A stretch of 64,000 bases of DNA, from contig JWKQ01000001.1 of NCBI GenBank assembly GCA_000806115.1, positions 25,784 to 89,783 of the forward strand, written 5' to 3'. This DNA is from an archaeon GW2011_AR5 (lineage in GTDB: Archaea; Aenigmatarchaeota; Aenigmatarchaeia; GW2011-AR5). Below are positions 33,690 to 41,518 of the stretch, in pieces (within the stretch, counting starts at the first letter, position 1; every line of letters starts with the position of its first letter). The position numbers and the translations under genes are program-made. The notes beneath the pieces are model-generated. The model worked only from the letters and a program-made list of their open reading frames with translations. It did no database searches and had not been told where the DNA came from.

Positions 33690-35468
33690 ATGGGGAGCGG
33701 GGATATAGTTCTACAGGAACAGGGCAAAAAATTAGATGTCAGAACCGATGGCGATATTATGGCTTTCAAAGACATGTTCAAACCGGTGAAAAAGAAAAAG
33801 GAGAAAAAAGAGAAGGGAAGCTGGATACTCGACGACATATCCAGGCACCCGCTAAAAGGCGACATACTCAACAAGGATCTGGGCAAGATGTGCGGGCCGA
33901 AGGGAAAGTGGCTGGGACATGTGATAGCCGCGGGACCTTTCGAGGCGCACCAGCAGCTTGACTTCACCGGGCCTCCGGGCTCGGTTTCCGGAATGTATTA
34001 CAGCCTTGTTTTCCAGCTCAGAAAATGGGAATATCAGGTGCAGAAGAGGGACGAATGGGTGGAGGTTTCTCCCGTCCATGCCCAGTACTACCAGCTGACC
34101 CAGAAGCAAAAAGAGGACCTCGAGGGGAGAATAAAGCAGGGGCTTGTTTCCGTCTCGCAATCCGTGGCAGACATGGAACTCCTTATGCACGACAGGCGCA
34201 GGTACCACGAGTTCCTCCATTACCTCGGCTACAGGACCCCGAAAGAACTTATCAAGGACAAGAAGCTTGAGGACAGGGAGAGGAAGGAACATTCCCATGT
34301 TGACGAGGAAATGGACGAGATATGCCTCAATGAGGATAATGACGACGACGAAAGAAAAGAAAGGGAAAAGCGGACGGACAACCATTCACTGAAGGCTGTT
34401 TTCATAGACCAGGTGGACATGCACACCGGCGAAGGGATTTCCATGAGGAGCATAGTGAGCCGCTGGCCCACGCTCATCACCGACTTCATGAGGATGGACG
34501 ACGGCGACATGGACCCGGACAAGGTGAAAAACAAGCTGGACATCTCCCGCGCAGAAGCAGTGGTTCTGATAACGAAGAACAAGCTCTACCAGGAATGGAA
34601 GAACATGTTCGGCCCCGAGATAAAGAACAGGTACGTCACCATCAATGACCTCACCCACGCAAGGAAGAAGTCCGTTGAGGAGTACAAGGAGTGGCTGAAG
34701 CCGTTCATAGCGCGCCACAGGCTGCTCAAGGAGGGGCTGGCGCAGGAAGGCATGCGCAAGGGAGGCGTGACATCGTTCGTCACCACAGCCGGCACGGCGA
34801 CATCATCGTCGAAAATCGTGCTTTACGTCTGGAAGGATTTCCTCGTGCCGGAACTCTACAAGGGCGGCTCGGAGGAGACTGCAAAGCTCAGGGAATTCAA
34901 GAAATTGAAACCAAATGACGACTGGACAATGAAGCACCTAATATTCAACGAGAGATACGGACTGATAAACAAATACGACTGGATCACGGAAGACTGGGTA
35001 AACGAACATGCGGAAAAAATGAAAAACGACGGATGGTTCACCCACCAGAAGCCCTATTACTCGTTCTTCCAGATAACGCTTGACAAGACGAACATAAGGA
35101 TGCCCACAGGCGACGAGCTCGAGGACGGCGTGTTTGACATAAACATGTTCTGCATGAGCGAGAACGCGCTTTTTGCAAAACTGCTCGAGCTGAAGGCGGA
35201 GCAGGAGCTGATGGAGCAGCACGTCAATAAACTGCTCGGGATGCACAAGCCCGTAAGGGGCAAGATTCCGAAATACGCGTTCAAGGAGGGCGCTTTTGAC
35301 AAGTTCCTCGACAGATTCAAAATGCCGTTCATTTTTGCCAAGAACCACGGGCCCTACGAACGCGACTTCGCAGACAGGCTCACGAAGATATACTTCGCGC
35401 GCATAGCAGGCGAGCGCTACGCACCGATAGTCAACTTCATCAAGGGCAAGATGGGGATGAAAGGTTGA
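33690..35468 (+). CDS. large uncharacterized protein
   Basis: 592-aa uninterrupted ORF with a Lys-rich N-terminus and an acidic insert (DEEMDEICLNEDNDDDERKEREKR). I recognised no catalytic or nucleotide-binding motif. Confidence 0.7.
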   Translation: MGSGDIVLQEQGKKLDVRTDGDIMAFKDMFKPVKKKKEKKEKGSWILDDISRHPLKGDILNKDLGKMCGPKGKWLGHVIAAGPFEAHQQLDFTGPPGSVSGMYYSLVFQLRKWEYQVQKRDEWVEVSPVHAQYYQLTQKQKEDLEGRIKQGLVSVSQSVADMELLMHDRRRYHEFLHYLGYRTPKELIKDKKLEDRERKEHSHVDEEMDEICLNEDNDDDERKEREKRTDNHSLKAVFIDQVDMHTGEGISMRSIVSRWPTLITDFMRMDDGDMDPDKVKNKLDISRAEAVVLITKNKLYQEWKNMFGPEIKNRYVTINDLTHARKKSVEEYKEWLKPFIARHRLLKEGLAQEGMRKGGVTSFVTTAGTATSSSKIVLYVWKDFLVPELYKGGSEETAKLREFKKLKPNDDWTMKHLIFNERYGLINKYDWITEDWVNEHAEKMKNDGWFTHQKPYYSFFQITLDKTNIRMPTGDELEDGVFDINMFCMSENALFAKLLELKAEQELMEQHVNKLLGMHKPVRGKIPKYAFKEGAFDKFLDRFKMPFIFAKNHGPYERDFADRLTKIYFARIAGERYAPIVNFIKGKMGMKG

Positions 35469-35539
35469 GCCTTTTTCTTTGAGGAAAGAAAAAGCCTCAA
35501 CGGAAAAAGAAAATATTACTAAGGCTCACTGGCGTTCGC
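35466..35539 (+). repeat. stop-codon-type element, copy H
   Basis: TGAGCC-TTTTTCTTTGAGGAAAGAAAAAG-CCTCAACGGAAAAAGAAAATATTACTAA-GGCTCACTGGCGTTCGC. Confidence 0.85.
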
Positions 35540-35571
35540 TGAAAAATAATATTTGAAGATAAAGTTTACAA

Positions 35572-35626
35572 GATCACCAGTTCTTTTGGTGAGACGTAGA
35601 CTTTTCTTACCAAGAAAAGGATCCGT
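35572..35626 (+). repeat. leader-type two-hairpin element, copy J
   Basis: GATCACCAGTTCTTTTGGTGAGACGTAGACTTTTCTTACCAAGAAAAGGATCCGT-ATG. Confidence 0.8.
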
Positions 35627-37333
35627 ATGTCAGAAGAACAAAAAAAACCGCTGTACACCGTGGGCATATCGACAGGATTTTGGAGAATCGGCAAGGACCC
35701 CAATCTGCTCGGCCTGGCGCAGAAAATCGGCGGGCTGGGCGCCACGGGCGGAATCCGGTTCGTCCAGATAGACCTAGAGACGATAGCGGAGTTCGCCGAG
35801 CCTGACGTAAGAAATCAAATAAGGCGCATCCAGAGCAAGCTTGGCATCGGCGAAGTCGGACTTCACGGGGAGATAGGCGAGCTGATGGCGCTGGACTCGG
35901 CGGAGAAGCGCATATGGGATCAGACGCACCGAAGGCTCTGCCAGACGGTGAAATTCGCCGCTGAGGTGGGATTTCTTTATGTAAATGTCCACTTCTCAAA
36001 CAAGCAGTTCATTTCTTTTACCGAGGCGCAGCACCGGACGCAGGGTTACTTCTATCCTGTCGTGGGCTATGACGGAAGAGGGTTGCAGAACGTAGTGAAG
36101 GACCATCCTGCAATCTGGGACGAGGTAAAGAAGCGCATGCCACGGACGCTTTCGCAGAGTGGCACATTCCAGGAAAAATACAGAGCGTTGCGAGAATCCA
36201 AGATCGCCCAAGCGCCGGTGCTCATCGAGCAGGCAGTGAGAAGGGACATGGAAATGATTCCAGAAGGGCAACGGACACCGGAGGAGAGAAAAAGACGTGA
36301 AGAGTACCACAAAAATCAGATAGTGCCCAGCCTTCTGCAGCAGGCAAGGGAAGAGGCTCAGTCACCAGAGTTCGAATTCGATGCATGGCTGAACTTGAGA
36401 GATGACGAGTCAGAGAAGTACCAGCTGGACGACGGGGAATGGGGCGCATACCATGTGATTGCTCACTGCATGAAGGCTGCGCATGACACGTTCTGGTCGA
36501 ACATAGCCGGGAACAAAGATCCAGAATCGCTTTACTTCAAGGACGAACAGGCCTTCTGCGCGGCTGTGTCGTCAAAATACATAGAAGGACACCTGACGCT
36601 CAAGGATAATGATGCCAACAGAAAACATCTGGATGGAATGAGCGTCAAGGAATGGTGCGAGAAGCACAAGCTCATGCTTCTGCTTGAAAACCCGGAGTCC
36701 GGAGAAGGCGCCGAGGGGCTATACAGGCTGTTCGACCCGCAGCAGTTCTATTTTACGATAAAGAAAATAGGCTCGCCTTACGTGCGCGTGACGATAGACT
36801 TCGAGCACATGGTGTCGCAGGGCATAGACCCTGATGACATGCTTCCCAAGCTTCCTGGCGATTTCGGAAAAATGATATTCTTATTTCACCTGGGGCAGGC
36901 TGTGCCTTACGGCGGAACAGCCCACATACCCATAGCCAGAGGCAGCATCGCGCAGGAGCAGATATACAGGTGGCTTTTCTGGATGCGCAAAAAGGGATGG
37001 ACGCGCGGCTACATGATGTTCGAGCGCGGCGGCGGGCGCACCGGACAGGGGAGGCTGCCGAACGAGGTGTTCGAGGACAGCGTGCAGGCGCTGCGTCAGA
37101 TTGCCACATACCTGGAGAAAGACGCCAAGCCCGAGGCGCTCCCGCCGGAATTCTACGGGGTATCGGTGCGGAACGAGCCCGTATGGGCGCGGCAGATGGT
37201 GGCCATACGCGAGCATGCATGGGACCCGCTCGAGGGGCTGCTGAGCGTGTCCGAGGAGAAGCACACGTTCCTCAGCAAGGCAGCTGTCGAAAAGAACAAG
37301 GCGCAGGAATGGGAGAAGCGGAAGTTCAGGTAA
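35627..37333 (+). CDS. xylose-isomerase-like TIM-barrel protein with a large charged insertion (tentative)
   Basis: 568 aa. Strand-end motifs VGLHGE, LYVNVH, LLLENPE, TIDFEH, LFHLGQ and MFERGG resemble the sugar-phosphate isomerase/endonuclease IV TIM-barrel superfamily. A ~200-aa insert rich in Glu/Arg/Gln separates the halves. Confidence 0.55.
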   Translation: MSEEQKKPLYTVGISTGFWRIGKDPNLLGLAQKIGGLGATGGIRFVQIDLETIAEFAEPDVRNQIRRIQSKLGIGEVGLHGEIGELMALDSAEKRIWDQTHRRLCQTVKFAAEVGFLYVNVHFSNKQFISFTEAQHRTQGYFYPVVGYDGRGLQNVVKDHPAIWDEVKKRMPRTLSQSGTFQEKYRALRESKIAQAPVLIEQAVRRDMEMIPEGQRTPEERKRREEYHKNQIVPSLLQQAREEAQSPEFEFDAWLNLRDDESEKYQLDDGEWGAYHVIAHCMKAAHDTFWSNIAGNKDPESLYFKDEQAFCAAVSSKYIEGHLTLKDNDANRKHLDGMSVKEWCEKHKLMLLLENPESGEGAEGLYRLFDPQQFYFTIKKIGSPYVRVTIDFEHMVSQGIDPDDMLPKLPGDFGKMIFLFHLGQAVPYGGTAHIPIARGSIAQEQIYRWLFWMRKKGWTRGYMMFERGGGRTGQGRLPNEVFEDSVQALRQIATYLEKDAKPEALPPEFYGVSVRNEPVWARQMVAIREHAWDPLEGLLSVSEEKHTFLSKAAVEKNKAQEWEKRKFR

Positions 37334-37490
37334 TTTATATTGAATTCTTCCGAAAACCGCCGCCTTCAGACGGCGGATGACATGGCCGGCGGCATGATTG
37401 ACGCAATGAGGTACATGAGAATCGGGAATGGAAGGGTTGTGCCTAAAAAGCTTTAATACAGTAGCGTTTCAATTGAATTGCAGTTGATAT

Positions 37491-38693
37491 TTGATGGCAA
37501 AACAAAAACCGGCAAAACCCCAGGCAAAACAGCAGCCAGGCGCGCCCGTTGACAAGAAGCTGCAGGCAAAGCAGGAAGCGTTCCGCAAAAAGCAGCTTGC
37601 CCTCGCCAATAAGTTCAAGGAAGAAGTTCTGAAGAAGTACAAGGACATCGTCAAGGCTATAGTTATTTTTGGCTCTTTCACAAGGCAGGATTTCCATGAA
37701 AAATCCGACATAGACATGCTTGTCGTGATAGACGACGTAACCGCGCGGTTCACGCCTGAAATGAAGGACGAGTTTGACGACAGGCTCTACGACATCGCAA
37801 AGCGGATTTCAGAGAACATGACTGTGCAGCCCGCATGGATGCTCTCGGAGTTCTGGGACATGGCGAGGATAGGACACCCTTTGCTTTTCACGATAGTCCG
37901 CGACGGCTGGGCTCTCTACGACACCGGCTTCTTCATACCCGTGCGCAAGCTGCTCGAGCTCGGGAAAATACCGACCACGCTTGAAGCTGTGGAAAAATTC
38001 ATGGAAACCGCGCCGCAGAAAATCAACCGCGTGGAGACGGCAAAGCTCTACATGGTTGCAGAGGACTTATACTATTCAATGCTCAACAGCTCGCAGGCGG
38101 TGCTCATGTACATGGGACTCAACCCGCCGTCGCCAAAACATACGCCGCTGGACGTCAAGGAGCACCTCGTCGACGCGAACCTGCTCGAAGCCAATTACCA
38201 CCAGGATCTTGAGGCAGTCATACAGTTCAGGAAGCAGGTGGAGCACAAGGAGACCAAAGACATTTCAGGACAGCAGCTGGACGAGTTCATACAAAAAGCG
38301 AAGCAGTACGTCTCGAGGATGGAACAGCTTCTGCTGCAGCTGCAGAAGAAGAAAAAAGAGACGATAGTCCACAAGAACTATGAAGTGATGATAAAAGCGG
38401 CAGTCGCGGCGCTGAAGAAGATAGACAAGCTCCCGCCAGACCCGAAAGATTTGCCGGGGGCAATCAAGGAGCAGCTGATAGACACGAAGCGCGTGGACCC
38501 CTACTTCAATGACGTGTTCAAGCGCGTAATAACCATGAGAAAGATGCTGGACGAGGACAAAATAAACGAGATACCTCAACGTGATATAGAGATGACGCGG
38601 GAATACGTCCGCCGTTTTGTGCAGGACTTGCGCCCGATGATTGAGCCGTCGCCGAAAAAGGCAAAATCGCCTGCATCCAGGAAGAAGAAATAG
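37491..38693 (+). CDS. nucleotidyltransferase (MNT-like) fused to a HEPN-like helical domain and a C-terminal extension
   Basis: IVIFGSFTRQDFHEKSDIDMLVVID is the GS..DxD minimal NTase motif. A downstream helical region is HEPN-like. Both termini are basic. Confidence 0.65.
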   Translation: MMAKQKPAKPQAKQQPGAPVDKKLQAKQEAFRKKQLALANKFKEEVLKKYKDIVKAIVIFGSFTRQDFHEKSDIDMLVVIDDVTARFTPEMKDEFDDRLYDIAKRISENMTVQPAWMLSEFWDMARIGHPLLFTIVRDGWALYDTGFFIPVRKLLELGKIPTTLEAVEKFMETAPQKINRVETAKLYMVAEDLYYSMLNSSQAVLMYMGLNPPSPKHTPLDVKEHLVDANLLEANYHQDLEAVIQFRKQVEHKETKDISGQQLDEFIQKAKQYVSRMEQLLLQLQKKKKETIVHKNYEVMIKAAVAALKKIDKLPPDPKDLPGAIKEQLIDTKRVDPYFNDVFKRVITMRKMLDEDKINEIPQRDIEMTREYVRRFVQDLRPMIEPSPKKAKSPASRKKK

Positions 38694-38738
38694 CTAATTC
38701 TTAGCCTGGAGGAAATGCTTTAAAGCTTTTACTTTCAA

Positions 38739-38966
38739 GTGATAACTATGTCTGCAGATGTCGGCAGTATATCGCATGCCAGCCCGCTTACTTTTGCGCT
38801 TAGCGACGGCATGACGCAGATATTCGAAGGATATGCCCTTCTTCCTGACGGAAGAAACGGCGATGTCTTGCACTACAATGGCGCTCCTACGGGAATTGCA
38901 TTCGGATGCCATGCGCGTCCCGATGAAATCTACAAGGCAGTTGCAGAACACTCAAGAGGCGCTTAA
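38739..38966 (+). CDS. hypothetical small protein
   Basis: 75-aa ORF that abuts the next gene. A competing antisense ORF (38694..38951) exists. Confidence 0.3.
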   Translation: MITMSADVGSISHASPLTFALSDGMTQIFEGYALLPDGRNGDVLHYNGAPTGIAFGCHARPDEIYKAVAEHSRGA

Positions 38967-38968
38967 CA

Positions 38969-39325
38969 ATGCACTATAGAAAATTGATAATTGCAGCGTC
39001 GTTTGCGGCTGCCGCTTGCATATCGGTCCCGGAAGGGCATATAACAAGGCGCACAGGAACGACCTCTGCCATTGAAGGCGGGAATAAGTATGTGGAGTTC
39101 ATCGACAGGCGACCTGCCAAAGAAAGGCCTGCAAGATATGAAGGCGACATTATTTTTGTTGATATGAAAGCAGACGGAAGCATAGACGGTTATTTGATAC
39201 CTTTAATTCAAAAGCCTATGCCGCTTGAAGATATTTCAAGGGCGCCGGAAACTGTTAAAACAATTGCAGGATCCATAGTCACGGATTATTTTGGCCAAGA
39301 ACCGAAAGGAAAATGGTGGAGATAA
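38969..39325 (+). CDS. putative lipoprotein (lipobox-like signal)
   Basis: MHYRKLIIAASFAAAAC: positive N-region, hydrophobic core and AAAC lipobox-like cysteine. Confidence 0.5.
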   Translation: MHYRKLIIAASFAAAACISVPEGHITRRTGTTSAIEGGNKYVEFIDRRPAKERPARYEGDIIFVDMKADGSIDGYLIPLIQKPMPLEDISRAPETVKTIAGSIVTDYFGQEPKGKWWR

Positions 39326-39327
39326 AA

Positions 39328-39537
39328 ATGGGATTGGAATTTCACGTTCACGGGCTCTGGATACTCGGGGCGATATCATTCTTTTTGGGCACGCTTATCG
39401 CCGGGAATTTGCAGTGGGTTGAGGGCACCACGAACGCGTCTTTTGCGCTGTCCGTAGTGATTGCCTTCCTCTTCATACTGTTCGCCGGCGCTTTGTGGAT
39501 ATCCGCCGCTGTCAACGCGCGCGTGGAGCAGAGATAA
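39328..39537 (+). CDS. small two-TM membrane protein
   Basis: The ATG at 39328 is preceded by GGTGGAG. Two hydrophobic helices. Confidence 0.5.
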   Translation: MGLEFHVHGLWILGAISFFLGTLIAGNLQWVEGTTNASFALSVVIAFLFILFAGALWISAAVNARVEQR

Positions 39538-40023
39538 ATGAGATATCTAAGGATGCTTGCAACGGCATCCGCGCTTTTTGCCGCCGGATGTTATTCTAGC
39601 TCACAATTCAGCGGAAAATTGATTGAGCATAACAGGATGGAGATAAAGAACATTTCCCCCGATTTTCTGGAGTCTTTTGGACTAGACTCGTCCAACGAAT
39701 GCATTGTGGAATCATATGTTGTTCACGGAACCGGGCGAAACGAAGACGCATCTTATTTTGATGTCGGCTGCGACGGACACGTAGATGGATTCATAAGATT
39801 GGGGAGAACACCGGCAGGAAGGATACCATTAAGGTCGGTGTACGTAAGATACCCCGGCGGACGCGATTATAGGAAATTTATCGACGCGGTAGTTTTAGGC
39901 ATGTCAGGCCGCGGCTTCCCTGACGAAGAAGCCGACACGAATTCGGAGACTGGGAACAGACTCCAGAAAGAATTTGACGCTGTTGCCTCTGAAAGCAGAC
40001 GGAGGCCGAACGGCAGAAACTGA
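39538..40023 (+). CDS. putative lipoprotein (lipobox-like signal)
   Basis: MRYLRMLATASALFAAGC. It shares a DGxxDG(F/Y) segment with the ORF at 38969..39325. Confidence 0.5.
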   Translation: MRYLRMLATASALFAAGCYSSSQFSGKLIEHNRMEIKNISPDFLESFGLDSSNECIVESYVVHGTGRNEDASYFDVGCDGHVDGFIRLGRTPAGRIPLRSVYVRYPGGRDYRKFIDAVVLGMSGRGFPDEEADTNSETGNRLQKEFDAVASESRRRPNGRN

Positions 40024-40038
40024 ACAGGGACCTGATTC

Positions 40039-40599
40039 TTACGCGGCTGCAACCTTCTCAATAATCTCCGTTCTCCGGATTTCTATGCTTCCGATGGGAT
40101 AGACCTTGCTTGCGTCTTTCCTGAGCTTGTGCTGCAGGTCGCCTGAAATTATGGCATTTACAAATTCCTCAAAAGTCGACTTGGCTGCAGCTTCTTCAAT
40201 AAGCTCCCTTGTGAGCTTTCTTGTGGCGTCTTTCGTCGAACTGCCGACGCGCTTGATGAGCATGAAAACCGTCTTTACACGCACATGCACGCCGTCCTTG
40301 GTAACCACGTCCTGGATTGCGTCCACGCGGCGGCCATGGCGCTGAACCATGCGGTAGATGCGCTCGCGGAGCACGTCGTGGCCGACGAGCCTGGTGTGCG
40401 CCCTGTTGCCGTCAATCTTGTCGATCTGCAGGCGCACCTTGACAAAGAACTTCGAGTAACTATTCGAGATGTCCATGAGGCTGACATCCATCTTCCTTCC
40501 GACAAGCTGGCGGCTGTCCGCAGCAAGGGTCTCGCCGATAGGCTTGCCCCCGAACATCTCCGGCGCCACTATTTCGTACCACGTTTTTTTAACTGCCAT
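40039..40599 (-). CDS. rps3ae: 30S ribosomal protein S3Ae (eS1)
   Basis: KKTWYEIVAPEMFGGKPIGETLA..LVGRKMDVSLMD..FFVKVRLQI matches eS1. Confidence 0.92.
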   Translation of the reverse strand: MAVKKTWYEIVAPEMFGGKPIGETLAADSRQLVGRKMDVSLMDISNSYSKFFVKVRLQIDKIDGNRAHTRLVGHDVLRERIYRMVQRHGRRVDAIQDVVTKDGVHVRVKTVFMLIKRVGSSTKDATRKLTRELIEEAAAKSTFEEFVNAIISGDLQHKLRKDASKVYPIGSIEIRRTEIIEKVAAA

Positions 40600-40654
40600 A
40601 TCGATCCCTTTCTTGCAAGAAAGGTCTAGATTTCACCCCAAAGAACTGGGGATC
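40600..40654 (-). repeat. leader-type two-hairpin element, copy I
   Basis: Gene-sense read: GATCCCCAGTTCTTTGGGGTGAAATCTAGACCTTTCTTGCAAGAAAGGGATCGAT-ATG. Confidence 0.8.
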
Positions 40655-40722
40655 TTGAAGAACTGCTTTCAGATATTATCAACCTTACTTGAGCCAGAAG
40701 TTTTAAAAAGGTTAGGTGCCCG

Positions 40723-41481
40723 CTACTGGAGAAGGATCCTGGCGACGTTCGGCCTTTGCTCAAAAAGCTCTTGATCCGTGATATCGTCAGCCTCGAGTTC
40801 ATACGGGAAGTTAAGCCATACGTCCCTTCCGTCAATCCTGTCATAATCCGACACGAAGAATCTCGGCTTCATGCCTGTAAGGTTCGCGTACGGCTTTTGG
40901 TACGGTGCGGCTACGCAAACATCCGTATCAAGAGGCGCTATGTCAGACATCATCGGAACCTGCAAATCATACGATGTCCCGTTCGCATGCATGCCAAAAC
41001 GGTAATGAACATAGTTTTCAGGGCCGAGGGCCGCCGCTTTTCCAACGCTAATCTCCCTTGTCTTGCCGTCTTCTACAACGAAAGCCCTTTCAGCGTCTGC
41101 TCTTCTAAGACCGTTTTCCGCGACGCTAACCAGCGCATGACCCGTTACGCTGCTGTCTATGACGTCATCAATGAAACAAACATGCCCCATGCCGTGCGCT
41201 CTGACATATCTTGACAGCTCTTCCATATTATAAACTCTTATCATGTGAGACCTGTTCGCCATGCCGCTATACGATTTGCCTGTTGCAGGAAAGTGTTCGT
41301 GCGGAGCACCAAGACGCTTGAGCGCGCCTGTGACATATGCGGCAGCATGGGCGCCTCCGCGCCAGACGCCGACAATTACGTCAGGCCTGTAGCCGCTGTC
41401 AACCATTTGCCTGGCAAGAAGAGAACAGTCACTTTCCAGACGGTCCTTTTCTATGAAAATCTTTACCGGGGTTTCTGCCAT
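40723..41481 (-). CDS. phosphoribosyltransferase-family protein with C-terminal extension
   Basis: VIVGVWRGGAHAA and the PRPP-loop-like VCFIDDVIDSSVTG. The ~100-aa C-terminal region is unassigned. Confidence 0.6.
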   Translation of the reverse strand: MAETPVKIFIEKDRLESDCSLLARQMVDSGYRPDVIVGVWRGGAHAAAYVTGALKRLGAPHEHFPATGKSYSGMANRSHMIRVYNMEELSRYVRAHGMGHVCFIDDVIDSSVTGHALVSVAENGLRRADAERAFVVEDGKTREISVGKAAALGPENYVHYRFGMHANGTSYDLQVPMMSDIAPLDTDVCVAAPYQKPYANLTGMKPRFFVSDYDRIDGRDVWLNFPYELEADDITDQELFEQRPNVARILLQ

Positions 41482-41518
41482 ATTCCCACTATAAAATCAA
41501 ATCTTAAATACGGCTTAT

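Noticed and set aside
38694-38951. 85-aa minus-strand ORF competing with the 75-aa plus-strand ORF
   Set aside because: Neither has a motif. The plus-strand ORF is co-directional with the following four genes and abuts them, so it was listed at low confidence, and the minus-strand ORF was dropped.
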